Origin: Adineta vaga
Taxonomy: Eukaryota; Animalia; Rotifera
Reading direction: 5' to 3'
Length of the DNA stretch: 64,000 bases
NCBI GenBank assembly: GCA_021613535.1
Contig: CP075496.1
Coordinates: 7,812,001-7,876,000 of the forward strand
The notes beneath the pieces were generated by a model, which was given only the letters and a program-made list of their open reading frames with translations, was not told the DNA's origin and did no database searches. The position numbers and the translations under genes are program-made. Numbering within the stretch: the stretch's first letter is position 1; each line of letters begins with the position of its first letter. Positions 25,504 to 39,689 of the stretch are shown here, piece by piece.

Positions 25504-28500
25504 TCAAGAAAAGCCGAGCAAGTTCTGGACGGCACGTGAAGCTTCATCATCTTGTGGTTGATTATTATCTTGATGATGATTATCAATATCAAGATCATCA
25601 AAGAGAAAATTTGCTGATTCTGATATGTCAATAGGATTTTCATGTTGTTCGATAACACCACAATCAACAATGGAATTAATTGCTAATTGAGTTTCATCTG
25701 TTGTTCGAATGCTTTCGTCTGGTGCTGGATCACTATTAAATAAATCATTGTAATCAGCATCAGACATGGCTGTTCCTAGATTATAATTTGAAGCATTTGA
25801 AAGAAAATCATATGTCGAAGGAGGTGGAGAAGAAATTTCATCAATAATTGGAACAGCACTTGGCCTGTCTAAAAATAAAAATTTAAAAGACAAATCAGAT
25901 TTTTATATAGAATAATTATTAGGAGGAAAAATTTACTTTCAATATCAACTGCACGTCGTTTTCTTGTTTCATAATCACTTTTTTCAATTTCTAACTGTTC
26001 ACGAAGATCATCAAGTTGCATTTTTTCCAATAAATATTTATCATAAGATTCATTATTCGACTAGAATTGAATAAAATAAATAAGTTTTTAAAAACAAAAG
26101 AACATTGATTAAGAAATTTTACATGATCATTACAGACAGCAAATCTCGATATAGATTCATTGATACGTTCACTGGCGGTTAATAAACGTCGGGCTTCAAT
26201 TTCAAAAGATTCATCAACTGAAAAACAAAATTATCAACAAATTTTATGTAAGAAGTGAAATTGTAACTTTTGTATTGCTTACATTGTTGACATTCATCTT
26301 CTGTAGGTTCATAAGCGGGTGGTGCAGGTTTAGTAAATACATGATAGCGTGTTAAACGTTTTATAGCATCACCACGTGTTAAAAATCGCGATTTAAAATC
26401 TGGTTTTAAGACATGCGTTTGATCTTTACGTAGTTGTTGACCAATTCTAAAGATTTATATCAAAATATAGAAATACAAAGTATGATAAAAAAAAATGGAC
26501 TTACAAATCGGCACTTGATATGCGCAAAGAACGTGTGGTATTTGCATTGGCAGTATTCAGTACTGTGGTTGTCGTAGCTACTGTGGAACCAGGTGGAGCA
26601 CCTAATAATATTTTCGTTCGAGGATTCTAAATGAAATATTACTTTATTTTCATTAGGAATTTTTAAGAAACTGATGAAACTTTAATACGCAAAAACTATT
26701 TAAAAAGACGATGACGCGACTCTTTGTCTCATTTATATTAATTGCAAACTAACCACAGTCAATGTCGTTGTTGTATTCACTCCACTGGCTGCATTTTTTG
26801 CTAAATATTTCGGTACTAATTCTCTTTGTCCTCGAGCAAATTGTTGTTGTTTATCAGTAGATAAAGCAGCTATTTGCATATCTAATTTTTGTATTTGAAG
26901 TTTTTGTTCAAATGATAATTCCATTGGTAGAATACCATGAGTCTAGAATATTAAAAAAAAAACATTTTTCAATATTATTATGATAAAAACATAAAATTAT
27001 GATTTTACTTGTAAATCCGGTAAATTCACATGACGTAATTTTTTTAATACAGCATTCAATAATTCATCTTGTTTTGCAAGTGGTAATTGTATTAATGTTG
27101 TACCATTTGATTTTTGTTGTGTTCCTGAAATTAGAGTCGTTGTTGGTTGTAATGGCGCTGTCGTTGTTGTAACCGGTGATTCACGTTTAACTGATGGATT
27201 GGATGATAATGTATTTAGTGTTGTGGATTGATCAAGTAAACGTTGACGATGTTGACCACTAATTCGAGATTGTTCAACTGATTGTGATAAAGTTTCACGA
27301 TAACGTATAATTCGTGTACAAAATTCACGGTCTTTTTCAGTTGAGGAATGGATTTGAGAGAGATATGTATCAATTAATGTAATTTGTTTTTCGGCATCTA
27401 TAGAAATATTTAAGGATAAGTGTATTCAAACAAGAATAAAATGAATCATACCATTTCCATTGGTTTGAAGATCATTTACTAATTGAGTAGTTAGATCACT
27501 GTTCGTTGATACAGATAAATCTTCATTAAACGAGGGGAAAAAAGCTTACAATCGAAATAATCAGTTTTAATTTACTTTTATCAATTGATTTCGAAAGAAT
27601 ATTATCATTATTTGATACTTGAACTATTATATTACCGGTTTGTGCTTTGGATAATATGGGAGTTCCTGGTCTTTGTCCACCAGATAACATCATCAAACTG
27701 AAAGCAAAGATAATATTGAAATTTAATATAAAAACTGAGAATACATACTTTGTTGTTGGACTACTTGTTATTGTTGATGGCGATGATGTATTTGATGGAC
27801 GAACAAATCGTAATGTCGTTGCTACTGGTGAATTATTATTCAAAGAATTTTGTAATAGAATCGATCCTGTACCTAAAAGAAAATAAAAAGATCGAGAATT
27901 TGAACATTTCTCCGAGTAACCATCTTACTATTCTGAGATGCACCATTGTGTAAGATCTGTGTTGATGTAGCTGGTTGACTAACAGTTGTTGTCGTTGTAG
28001 AAGACTTTAAAGAATTATATGAATCAAAATTGAAAATGAATATTTATGAAATAGTAACTACCGTTGCTGATTGCTGTGTAGACGAATATTTTTGCTGTAA
28101 AAGTTTCGTAAACATACTCAATGGTATCAATGTTTGATTGCCATTGATATTAATTGCAACCATTTGTTGCTGATTTGTTGTAGTCGTCGTTTGAACAGCT
28201 GGTTGTTGTTGTTGAATAACTGTTTGGTTCAAAATCACATTAACATTTGTCTGGGAACCAATCGTTTGATTAAGTACTCTTGCTGTATCATTTGGATTGA
28301 CTTGTTGTTGTTGCTGCTGATGCTGTTGTTGTTGTGGTGGTGGTGGTGGTGCTTGTTGTGTTTGTGGAAGATTTGTTAACGATGGATTTGTATTAAAATT
28401 AAATGTATTCTGTGTTATTTGTACATTAGTATTATTAGTTGTGTTTTGATTATAAATATTATTTCCAGTGGGATTGAGGTTATTTGTAGAGGATCGACTT

Positions 28501-28741
28501 TGATCACTAGCATTAGTTAATATACGTTGAGATCCAGGAGTATTGGATGACTAGAAACGGAAAATGAAAAATATAAACAAAGACAAAAGAAGAAAAGTAT
28601 TCTCGTTACAGATTTTGCTGATGAACGCAGAAAAGCATCGAGTGCAGCTGGATCTCTGGAAAAGATTACAAAGAAATGAAATAAAAGGATTGAAAATAAA
28701 ATTTACTGAATAATGTCGATAATTGATCGACCTTGACTCAT
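25504..28741 (-). CDS. BICRA: BICRA/GLTSCR1-family ncBAF subunit
   Basis: Two small 5' exons give MSQGRSIIDIIQDPAALDAFL, matching the BICRA N-terminal motif GRxLLDVIxDPQALNDFL. Q/T-rich middle. The GLTSCR1 domain QQLRKDQTHVLKPDFKSRFLTRGDAIKRLTRYHVF lies at about 26340-26445. Acidic tail. Confidence 0.88.
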
Positions 28742-29731
28742 GATTTTGTAGGTCGCTAAAATAGAAAAAAAGTAAAATGTTGATAGCAAAAACCGTCATA
28801 AATATAATCAAAGAAATATTCTACCAGAATTTAATGAAATTAATCATCTAACATAAAGAAAAGTTTTCTTTAATTACAGAATATTACATCTAGAAAAGAA
28901 CTGTTCAATAAAAATCTATTCTTTGAATTTTAAGGAGTTAAATGAGGTGCAACACATGAGAAGTTTTTCAAATCATAACCTTATTCAAATTTTTTTCTTT
29001 CTTTTGTTTATTTTTTTTGTCAAAATAGAGATCATCGATTGTTCTTTAATTGAGGTTACGTTTTTTGAACTCGTGAACCGCGCTATTTTTCTAATACTGG
29101 ACAAGGCCAAAAATAGAGAAAAAGAGAGAACAATTCTGTGACTCATTTACAAGACCTCACTTTGCTTTCTTGTCGGATCTATCTCTCTCTTTCTCTCTCT
29201 CTCTCGCCTTCTTTATTGAAAAAAAATATATATCGAAAGAGAGAGATTTTTCTCCTATCGCCATCTTGTCAGTCTGATGTTGTTTGTGTTTTATAAAACA
29301 TCATTGAAGAGGCATTGTCAACGCTTTTCATAACTCATAAGTAAAAGATAATTAAAGAGTAACGAAGATTTTTTCGAAGTTTATTAGAGAAAAAAAGAAT
29401 CATTGGTAAAAAGAATCATGGTGAAAAATAATCTTGACAAATATGAATAAAGATGGCGCTATATAGAAATGAACGAAAACTACGTAATAATGAGTCAAAA
29501 TATTGATTCAGTTCACGTGTGTCATTCTTTCTTGGTTGGATAATTTATCGAAGAAAAAGAAGGACAATCAGTGGACAAGCTGTTACTTTGTTATTTTGTA
29601 AACAAATGATTCATTGATCTTAATTTCTTCTAACTATATTTATCTGAAATGTACTAAATCACAATGTTTTCCGTATAACTACTGTACAATATGTCTTAGT
29701 TTATTTGATATATTGTTTATTTTATTTCATA

Positions 29732-31755
29732 ATGGTGCTATTCAAACATTTATATTTGATATTATCAGTGATATTTCTCATATATATTAATTATTCTATT
29801 GGTGAATTAAATGATTCAACAATTGATTGCTTACAAGGACCTGACTTTTGGTGTTTAAATGAAACGACTGAATTACTATGTAATTTCAACAATAAATCAA
29901 TAGGTTTATGTGGATATACAAATAAACGTTGTCAGATAAAAACTGGTAATATTCTAATCAATTCTAATATAATATCTTTATCATTCGAATTTTTCCATCG
30001 TTTATCCTAGGTGATGAATTTTGTAAATCATCTCCACCAGCTCAACAACAACCAGCATTACAATTTAATGGAGGTTTAACAGGTGTTGATGATGATTATT
30101 TTTCATATTATATTCTCAGTTTATATTGGCCACCATCAAGTTGTCCAGAACGATACAATGAATCAAAAGATTTACTAGGTTATTTTTGTTCACCATATAC
30201 AGATTTAGATCAACCAGGTAGAGAAAGATTAGTTTTACATGGTTTATGGCCAACGTTTTCTACGGATGGAAATTATCAAGGTTGGCCACAATTTTGTTCA
30301 TCGGGATATAAAGATTGGTCTAGTTGTCATATTAATGGAAATCGATGTCCATGGACAAACACTACTCGAAGTGATTTTTCACAAGGAAATTATGAATATT
30401 GTTTATCAAGTGAAAATATCACGGATTGTCTTGTTAATGGAAAAGAAATTCTTGAACCTGAAAGAGAACGTTTAAAAATATTAGCACCTGGATATCTAAA
30501 TAGACACAATTTATTTATCAATCATGAATGGACAAAACATGGTAAATAGGAAAATCATTGATTTTCTCATTTGATTCGAATGATCTTGTTTTTCCTTCTC
30601 CTCTGATATCAAAGGCTCGTGCTGTTCATCATCATTTGGTCATAATATATCCAATTATTTAACACATATGCTCGATTTAGCTGATATGCAAACACAACCG
30701 GGTAGTTTAACTTATGAGGTAAAGATAAAATAGAATTTCATTACACTGATGAAGCTGTTTCCATCAGTTATGTAATATTAATAGACGTTTGTAATTAGGG
30801 ATGTTTCTGTTACTTAAGTCAGTCAATCTTCTCGTAAATGATTAAAGAACAAATGCTAGAGAATATTGTCGTAAAATAATGAACTGTAACTGAAAAGAAG
30901 ACATGTATTGATCTTCCGGAAAATCATTCTTGGATGATAGATATGATTGACAAAAGGAAATTGTCTTGTTGTAATGCACACGAAGATATTCATCATCTCT
31001 CTTTCGATGTATGCTTTTTGGCAATAACATATGTTAAATCATCAAGAAATAATGAGAACGTGTAAATATGACGTTTTATCTTACATGATTTCTCATTTTG
31101 AGAAATGATGATCTATAGTTTTCTATATGAAATATCTAATGAGTTTTTACTGAATAACTTCGTTTAAGATTGGCAGACAAAGTACATAACAACTATTAAA
31201 TATAAAATAAAAGAAAGTCTTATGACTGATTTAGATACATAGATAGATCATTTTCATCCTCTTTAGATATATCCTATACATTATATTGTATATTTTGGCA
31301 TTGATATCGTCTTGTTTTCGATCAAACTCGATATTTTTCATCTCTAATAGATCATTATTTATTTTCTTTAGCATATTCAACGTTATGCTGGAGAAAAAAT
31401 CGGTTTAAGTTATCTGATATCTCTACTTAATCAAACAGCGATCATCAATTGTAACAACAGATGTGAACTTGAAGAAGTTTGGATGTGTATGAGTCGTCAA
31501 TATCATACAGGTTTACCAAACCAATTAATACCTTGTCCATTAGGCGCTTTTCATACAAGTGATTCGTGTCAAAAATCTCGATGTGAATATGTCTATATTC
31601 CTTTACGAAAAAAATCTCCATTTCCAAAAGATATCGATACAGATTTTATTCCAACTCTATGGACAAAACTTGTATTTATTATTCTGATATTAATGTTCGT
31701 AAAACTCCTTGTAGTTTTTTGTGGTGGTTGTTACGCTTATTTTCTTTCCTACTAG
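29732..31755 (+). CDS. Ribonuclease T2 family protein with N-terminal saposin-A-like motif and C-terminal TM
   Basis: Signal peptide; CAS I LVLHGLWP; CAS II FINHEWTKHGSC, split by the intron beginning at 30542; hydrophobic tail LVFIILILMFVKLLVVFCGG. Confidence 0.88.
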
Positions 31756-31909
31756 TCAATTATCTGTATAGTGAAGTATGATCTGTTTGTTTCCCGTTTG
31801 TGAATAAATAAAGACTATTTTGGATATTATATTTTTTATCAAAGAAGGGAAATAAATGAACAAAAAAAGGTTAAAGACTTCTCTTTAGTTCAAATGAATC
31901 TGCTTTGTT

Positions 31910-32368
31910 TTAACGATGTTTTTTCGCAGCAGCTTCGCGTAATGATTCAATATCGTCTTCAGTTATTTCAACAAGTTGACTGATTAGTTTTGTTTCATTG
32001 AGTAATGCTAAATAAAGTTGATCGACTTTTGGACGTTTTGGTTCAGGTAGTGGTACTAATTTACGAGTTTTTGGATCAATTATTTGTCCACCACTACCAG
32101 TTTGCATATAATGAAAACAAGGCTCCTCTCGTTCAATCGTTGAACCACGTATTTGATCATATTTTTCGAATTCAAGTGTATAATAATCGGTTGGTGGTAA
32201 CGAACGTGTTGACATACCTATATAAATATATACTCAGATGTGATATCTTTTCTGTCTATCGCGATCGAAAAACAAACCTTTCTTATAATCGCTTAAAGGA
32301 CCAATAAATGCATAATCATAATTCGGCACTAATCGAATACCTTCATCTCGACCTGTAAGTATACCCAT
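31910..32368 (-). CDS. Hypothetical protein of about 132 aa, 2 exons
   Basis: ATG at 32368, intron 32277-32218, continuing in frame into ORF 31910-32215. Codon usage is typical for the window. No family recognised. Confidence 0.75.
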
Positions 32369-35023
32369 AATTGAATAAATCTAAAATACTGAAAAAAAGA
32401 ATGAGCAATTGTTAATATGAGAATGTCAATTTACTTTTGATTCTTCTTATTATATTATCGGATCTTGTGCCAATCGTTAGCAGTCGCAATGCTCTCTTTC
32501 TCTTAGCTAATGAGTCGATGTTCTCTGTATATTACTTTCTTTTTTCTCGCAATTTCTCTCTCTCTCTCCTTCACTGTAATACTCTCTTTTTTGCGAGAGC
32601 TATAAAATTCTCTCTTTAACTCTACGTCAAGATCGTACAAAAAAGGGGCTCGAGAGAAAATTGTTTATACATGTCTCTTTTTTTTGTTGAGATTATCGAC
32701 GTTTATAGATGATCTAAGATTGGTATACATCTCGTTTTTCTTATTATGAAATAGATAGGTGCTGACAGATTACCGTAACAAGCAATTGCGACTTATACTT
32801 GCGCACTTGAATATCTCGTGTAACGTCGCTGATCGAAATTAACTATACTTGCAGTTAACTAAATAAAGAAAATCTCTTTTTTTTTCTTGTCATCTACATT
32901 CTCAATGTCAAGCTTGTTGTTGAATGTCACAATAAAAAGATATTGAACAACAAGGAAGAGAAATATATTCAGAAAATGGATACTTCTTATCAAGGCATTT
33001 TAGACGTCTTACTGTTTGATACAGTCACCTTCGGAGGGTACTTATTAACGGTACATCAACGGAAATATAGAACAGAAGTTCGAAGACAGCTGGATGCGTC
33101 ATTACAAACACCATCCGAATAGATACGTTTATTTATCTAGATTAGAAAAAGAGAATATTCAGTTGACCGAATGACATTCAATATATCATACTGTTATCGT
33201 CAGATTTGCGCTTATAGAAAGATCAAGTTGGTGATACTAAGCTTATTAGAAAGAAGTTTCTATTGCTAATATTTATACACATAATGTGTCAAAAACTGTC
33301 AAGAAAAATAGAAACAAATATTATCAATAGAATTCAAGTCATTTAATCGTTCTCGATTAATAATCAGCGTTTTATTTAACATCTTTTCCAGTACTATGCA
33401 TGTGTGTCAACATGTCAACAATAAATAAATGAATTCATTTTGTTTATAATACGATATAGCGGGAGAAAAAAAATCCAAGGTCTATTCATAATATTATCGA
33501 AATAGTATCAATATTTCAATAGTTATGACTATTTTACATAGAAGAAGATCGATGATTATATAAAATGAGTTTCTTTCGGAATTTTATCAAGAATATAAAC
33601 CATGACAGCATATCATTTGAAATATTTACTGAATATTATAATCATTTTTATTTCAAAGTTCTAAGATGATCTACATATGATTAAAAAAAGTGCGCTATCG
33701 GCAAGGACGCATGTGATATATCGATCGAACTAACGACTGGAAAAAAACTGACTGACAGGTCGACCGTTATCTGTCAACTCTAACATTACATGTACAATGG
33801 GATATTTAATCATCATTAAACTATATTTATGTGCTCTAGTAGCTGTTTTTTCTTGTTTCTCAATTCTATGTATGTGTATATGTGTGTCGAAAGAAGAAGC
33901 ATCTGTAAACTGTTACTATTTATTGTCTTTCAATCAACGACAAACAATTATATTTCGATCTATGTATGTTTTTAACTGAAATGTTGATAATTTATCAATT
34001 GTAACAAAATAGTTATCCTAAATTTTGTTGTACTAGCCTATTTATTGAATGTACCCGAAGTATACAATTATATTTGATGGACTAAAACAGTAACTAATTC
34101 TTTTGACGTGTTTGGCACATCTTGTTTTTTACAATTTGTAATCTATAGTTAAATCAATGATCCATTAAAGAGAAGACTGTATTCATATATATACATATAT
34201 ATATATATATACTTGCCTTCAGAGAAAAAGTGTCAGTATCATATAGGAACTTTTCTAATATGTTCAGGAGAATAGTCGATCGATGAGAACTAATGCAAAT
34301 TATTTTAGATATTAATAATAATCAACATTTTCAAATGTTATTGACGTAACAATATATTATTTTACAATTTCAAGAACTATAATTTTTCTTTTTGATTCTT
34401 AATTATTTGTTTGATTTGTTGTTCAACTTAATTATCTTAGCGAAAAAAATCATAGGTTTACATATGATGAAAGATGTATCTGTGTTGAAATACTTCAGAA
34501 ATCTTATCATAAGTAATGATTATTATCTTGTCCCACTATCGATTGAATTGATGATTTGTATACGCGTGTATATTAATTATAGCAGACGATTCTTCTGTTT
34601 CTTTGTAAAATCTTTCGATTTAAATAGTTGATGTACGTCTTTCTTCTTTGCTGTGCAAAAAGATGAAATAAATTAGGAATGATTGATGATAATCATAGTA
34701 TTGTGTTGTATTTGACTTGCTTTCATATATTTATTCATTATATCTGATACTTTTCTCTTTTTCGTCAATTGTTTTCATTTATTCTCTGCGACTGGTATTT
34801 CAGTTTTCTTCGAATAGAACTACCAATAGAATATTATCTAGTACTTCGACAAGTTGAATAAAGATATTCTGATATGTTCATTATTTGTCTATAGAATTGC
34901 AATCTTCGCTGATGAACTCTCTATGGTAGTCAAATACAAATGAATTAGTTTCATTTTATCTATTAACTAGGAAAAGCAAAAATATTTTAACGAATAAAAG
35001 TAGACTGTCTGTTGATTTGTAAA

Positions 35024-37523
35024 TCACGATGAAATATCCAATGGTGGCATCAGAAGTGGAGCACTTGAAGTCATAGGGTCTTGTGGTCTGATTTCAAGGT
35101 CATATTTATCTAACTGTTTTGTCGTATTGCCATTCATATCAACTAATCTTCCATAATATGATCGATGCATTGATGGTATATCTGTAACTCTATTTGTAGG
35201 ATTTGAATTTTCAATATAATGATCGACGGATTCCCAAAAGGTACTACTGGTATTTGGATTAGTTATAACAGGTGTTATCGATGGTCGAAAGCCTGATAAC
35301 TCAAGTTGTGAACTATATCGAACTAAATCTTTAAGTTCATTGTCGCCTAATGTCACTGTAGGAACCTAAAAGAGTGTAGAATTCATATACTTTCGCACTA
35401 TCAAATATTCTGAATAGAAACCTTAGCAATGCTATGAGAAACAGATTGAATCGACAATGAACTATTCGAACGTGTTGAAGAAGCAGACGATTCAAGACCT
35501 GATGCTGATGATGCAACGATCTGAGAATAAGGTGACAAAACACGTCGATGTGCTAGTTCATTTTCATATATTGGCATACGGGGAGATGATGTTGGTGATG
35601 GAACTTTTTGTGGTGGTGGTGATGATGGAGCTTTCAGTGGTATGGGTGATGAAACTTTCGGTGGTGTTGGTGCTACGGATGAGCGCTGTGATCCAGCAGA
35701 TGACGATAGTACTGATTCAATGGAGAGTTTTCTTGGTAAGTTAAAGTTATTGATTGGTGGTCGAGAAGATGTTGCACCAACAGATGGATTTATAGGTGGT
35801 GTCGGTGCAATCGAGGGTGGTTTAGAACTTTGAGACAGATTAGTTGATGGCGTTCGTACTGCTATAGGTGGTTTGGAAGTAACAGGTGCATTAATTGGTG
35901 AATTAGGTACCACTGAGGAAGATTTTGATTGCAAAGATGGATTAGCGGGTGAATTTGATTGAAATGAATTTGGTTTTGATGGAACGTATGGAGTAACGGG
36001 TGGTGCTGGTGTATATGACGGATTTTTGTCAGCAATAAATTCCGAAAGATGTAATGGGGGTGCTGTGGGTACCTGTAAAGAAATGAATAGCTATCAGATT
36101 GAAAAACAAACCAATTCAATGTATATAGTATATTAGTCATCACATAAGTTATTCTTCACAAAACTTCTAAAAACTTTACTATTAAAATTCTGAATAAAGG
36201 AAAGCTTAGAAATTTTATTATACTAACAGGTTTCGCAGTGTTTTGCGGTACTGGTGTACTCGTTCCGCTCGTTGATGATGCATCTGATGACTGAGATTCT
36301 GTCGAAACCGACCGAGATCGTTGTCCAGTAATGGAAGACAATGTTTTATTACCAATGGTTTGAGTATTTTCTATTGATGATCACAAAAGAATTATTTATA
36401 CTTTTTTCAAAATAGATAAATTTGTTTTAAAACCTGTCTTTGGTGGAATTTGAGTTTGTAATTGTTGAAAAAAATCTTGTTGAGAAACTAGCAGCTGTTC
36501 AATTTCATTTTTCAATTCAACAAAATCATGTCGAAGTGAATTGGATTGTTCACGAAGATTTTCAATATATGATGGTACGGAAGATGAATATCGAGAAGAC
36601 GCTGATGATGTCGCTGTTATGGATGATACACCAGATGACAGACGCGTTTTCTTTCCAACGAGTCTTAAATCACTCGTTGATGTTCGTTGATCTCGGTTTG
36701 GACGTGGTGGCATTTTTTTAACATAATAACGACGTTCAACAATACGTTCAACACCACAGTTAGTATTATCAATGAAGTCATCTGAGCTACAATGAAAGAT
36801 ATTCAACATGATAAACATAATCGATAATGAAACTCACGTTGATTTTTTCGACTGATGAGTTTTTCCAGAACGAATATCTTCGAATTTTTCTAAAATTTTT
36901 TCCAAGAGCCGATCATTAGTATGATTTAGTGGTGAATCATCTCTATGAGACCTTTAAATCAAATCTTCAAGAAGATTATTACTCATTTACTATAAACTTA
37001 CGAATTAGAACTACTTGACACCCATGATCGTCGTCGTAGTTGTTTCTTCGCCGATTCTTCTAAAAATTGATCAAATGAGTCTGTTGAACTTGATGATAAC
37101 ATTTGCTCTAATCGCTTTTAACAGTATTTGTTACTTTTAGTTTAAAATATATGTCCTTCTTTCTTTTACATATGTATATATATATACATGTATGTATCAA
37201 TCCATAAGGAACGACCTCGTCTTCAGGGAAGATTATTTTTACGACAAGAAAGGAAAAAGCAAAAGAAAGGTTATGTTACCTATCATTAATCGTTCAACAT
37301 GATCAGCATACGTTAAATCTTTTCTACTAGATGTTTTCAAAATACGTTTCATGTCTTTTTGATCGGATGTGTTATCATGTTTCTTTGGTTTGCTAATGCG
37401 TTGTTCATTTGGTACTCGATGATATTCTTCTTCAAACAGAACTTTACTATCATTTGGTAATGGTGGATCTCCTGTTTCTCCAAATGGTGGTCTCGTTCGT
37501 ATAGATTGTCGGACAAGAGCCAT
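35024..37523 (-). CDS. Hypothetical multi-exon Ser/Pro-rich protein with a short coiled coil
   Basis: Chain of same-strand ORF segments flanked by GT/AG sites. Coiled coil IENLREQSNSLRHDFVELKNEIEQLL and many PxxP motifs. No family recognised and some exon boundaries are unresolved. Confidence 0.7.
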
Positions 37524-37792
37524 TTGTAAAGAAAATTATTCTCAATGACTTAGTTGTATTCGACAGAAGACAATTTATATATGCGCCAATCATACACCTA
37601 TATAGACTCTACGCATGATCGAATCTTTGTTATTAAACAAGGACAATAATAATTGAGAATATATGCACATGTATATATATTTATAATAAAAACCATTGCC
37701 TATGTTCTAGTTTTTCAAGATTTATTGCACAAAAGGCGAAAGAAAAACGGAAAAAAGAGAAAGAAAGAAAGAAAGACAGAAAGAGAAAAAAA

Positions 37793-38337
<545 letters not shown>

Positions 38338-38821
38338 ATTACTTTATTTTTCTTCTACAATATGAAAAAAAACCATGTTTCGTATTTGTATTCTTACTAT
38401 GACTGTAATGAATTGCCAGAATAAAACAAATTCAAAGGAAAATGTACGCAGGTTTAATATATACATGTACGCCCATCGATTGAGAGTCAAATAGGAATGT
38501 ATGTCGTACATACACAATAAAGTTCAATGAATGTAAAAGAGGAAGAAGAAGAAGAAGAAGAAAGAAAGAAGAAGAAGAAAATGAACGAAACATTTAGTTC
38601 GTTTTATCGCTCTTCACTGTTATACAGATATATGTACAAAAAGAAAAATGTCAGCTGTGTATGCACGATTTTAATGTTTGTTCTCGTCAATCAAATGAAT
38701 AGCTTGGGATGGTTTTAGTGTTGATTAAGTTTCTGTTCATAAAAAAACGAACATTAAAAAACAAAAAGAGATAATGAGCTTGCCAATATTTTATCTGTTT
38801 TATTTTCTTATGGATTTATTC

Positions 38822-39689
38822 TTATAGAATATCGGACAGTGCATGTGCATACAATTTCATTCGTTTTTCTGTTTCTAATTCAGTCAATTTTGATGTGATT
38901 AGATCAATAGATGATGATGATGATGTTGACATCGTGGTCATTGTTTCACTATTTAATTCATCATCATTTTCTTCAATATCATCCATACGACCAAGTCCAA
39001 TATTTGACATTGATCGAGCTAATGATGGACGATAATTTGAAGCTTGACTTCGAGTCAATAAACGTTTAGGTGGTTCATTAATTGTTTTATCTGCACTTGT
39101 TAAATTTAATGACGAAGATAGAGATAATCGACTTATTTGACGACGATGTTTTTCACGTACATATTCACGTAAAGAATCTTGTAAACGATGATGAAGTAAA
39201 TCAACAAGAGATTTCGCATCATCTTCACTGGAACATAAACATGCATGGCAACGAAGCTAAATATGAACAACAACAAAAAAACAACATACAATTTCGTTTC
39301 GTAAATTCTTTAGTTACTTCTGTTGTTAAACCAGCTCGAATATTCGCATGACGATAAACCCAAATAAACATTTTTGGATTGAATTTACTAGCAACAAGAT
39401 AATATGCGATACGATTTGTACAATAAAGTGTGATGTCATTTGCTGTAGGTGTTTTTATATAACTTTCAGCTTGTAATCCACCATTTGTAATCGTTAAACG
39501 AAGTTTTCTTCCTAAACGTCCTTGATTTCTAACATGCATATCCCAAAGAAGTTTTGCTGGTCGATCTGCACAACCTTCACCTCTTGTCAACGATGTCGCT
39601 ACATTTCCTAGATAATAAACTTTAAATACAGATGGTCGTTGATTAACATCAAATGATGCTCGACGTTTATTGCCTAACAAACGATTCAT
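38822..39689 (-). CDS. FAM43A: FAM43-family PID/PTB-domain protein
   Basis: VYYLGNVATSLTRGEGC, PKMFIWVYRH, intron at about 39317-39258, LRCHAC, NYRPSLARS motif. Confidence 0.85.

Noticed and set aside
32900-33125. Short frame KMDTSYQGILDV faintly like a transposon-associated motif
   Set aside because: The similarity is too weak and there are no flanking motifs or terminal repeats.
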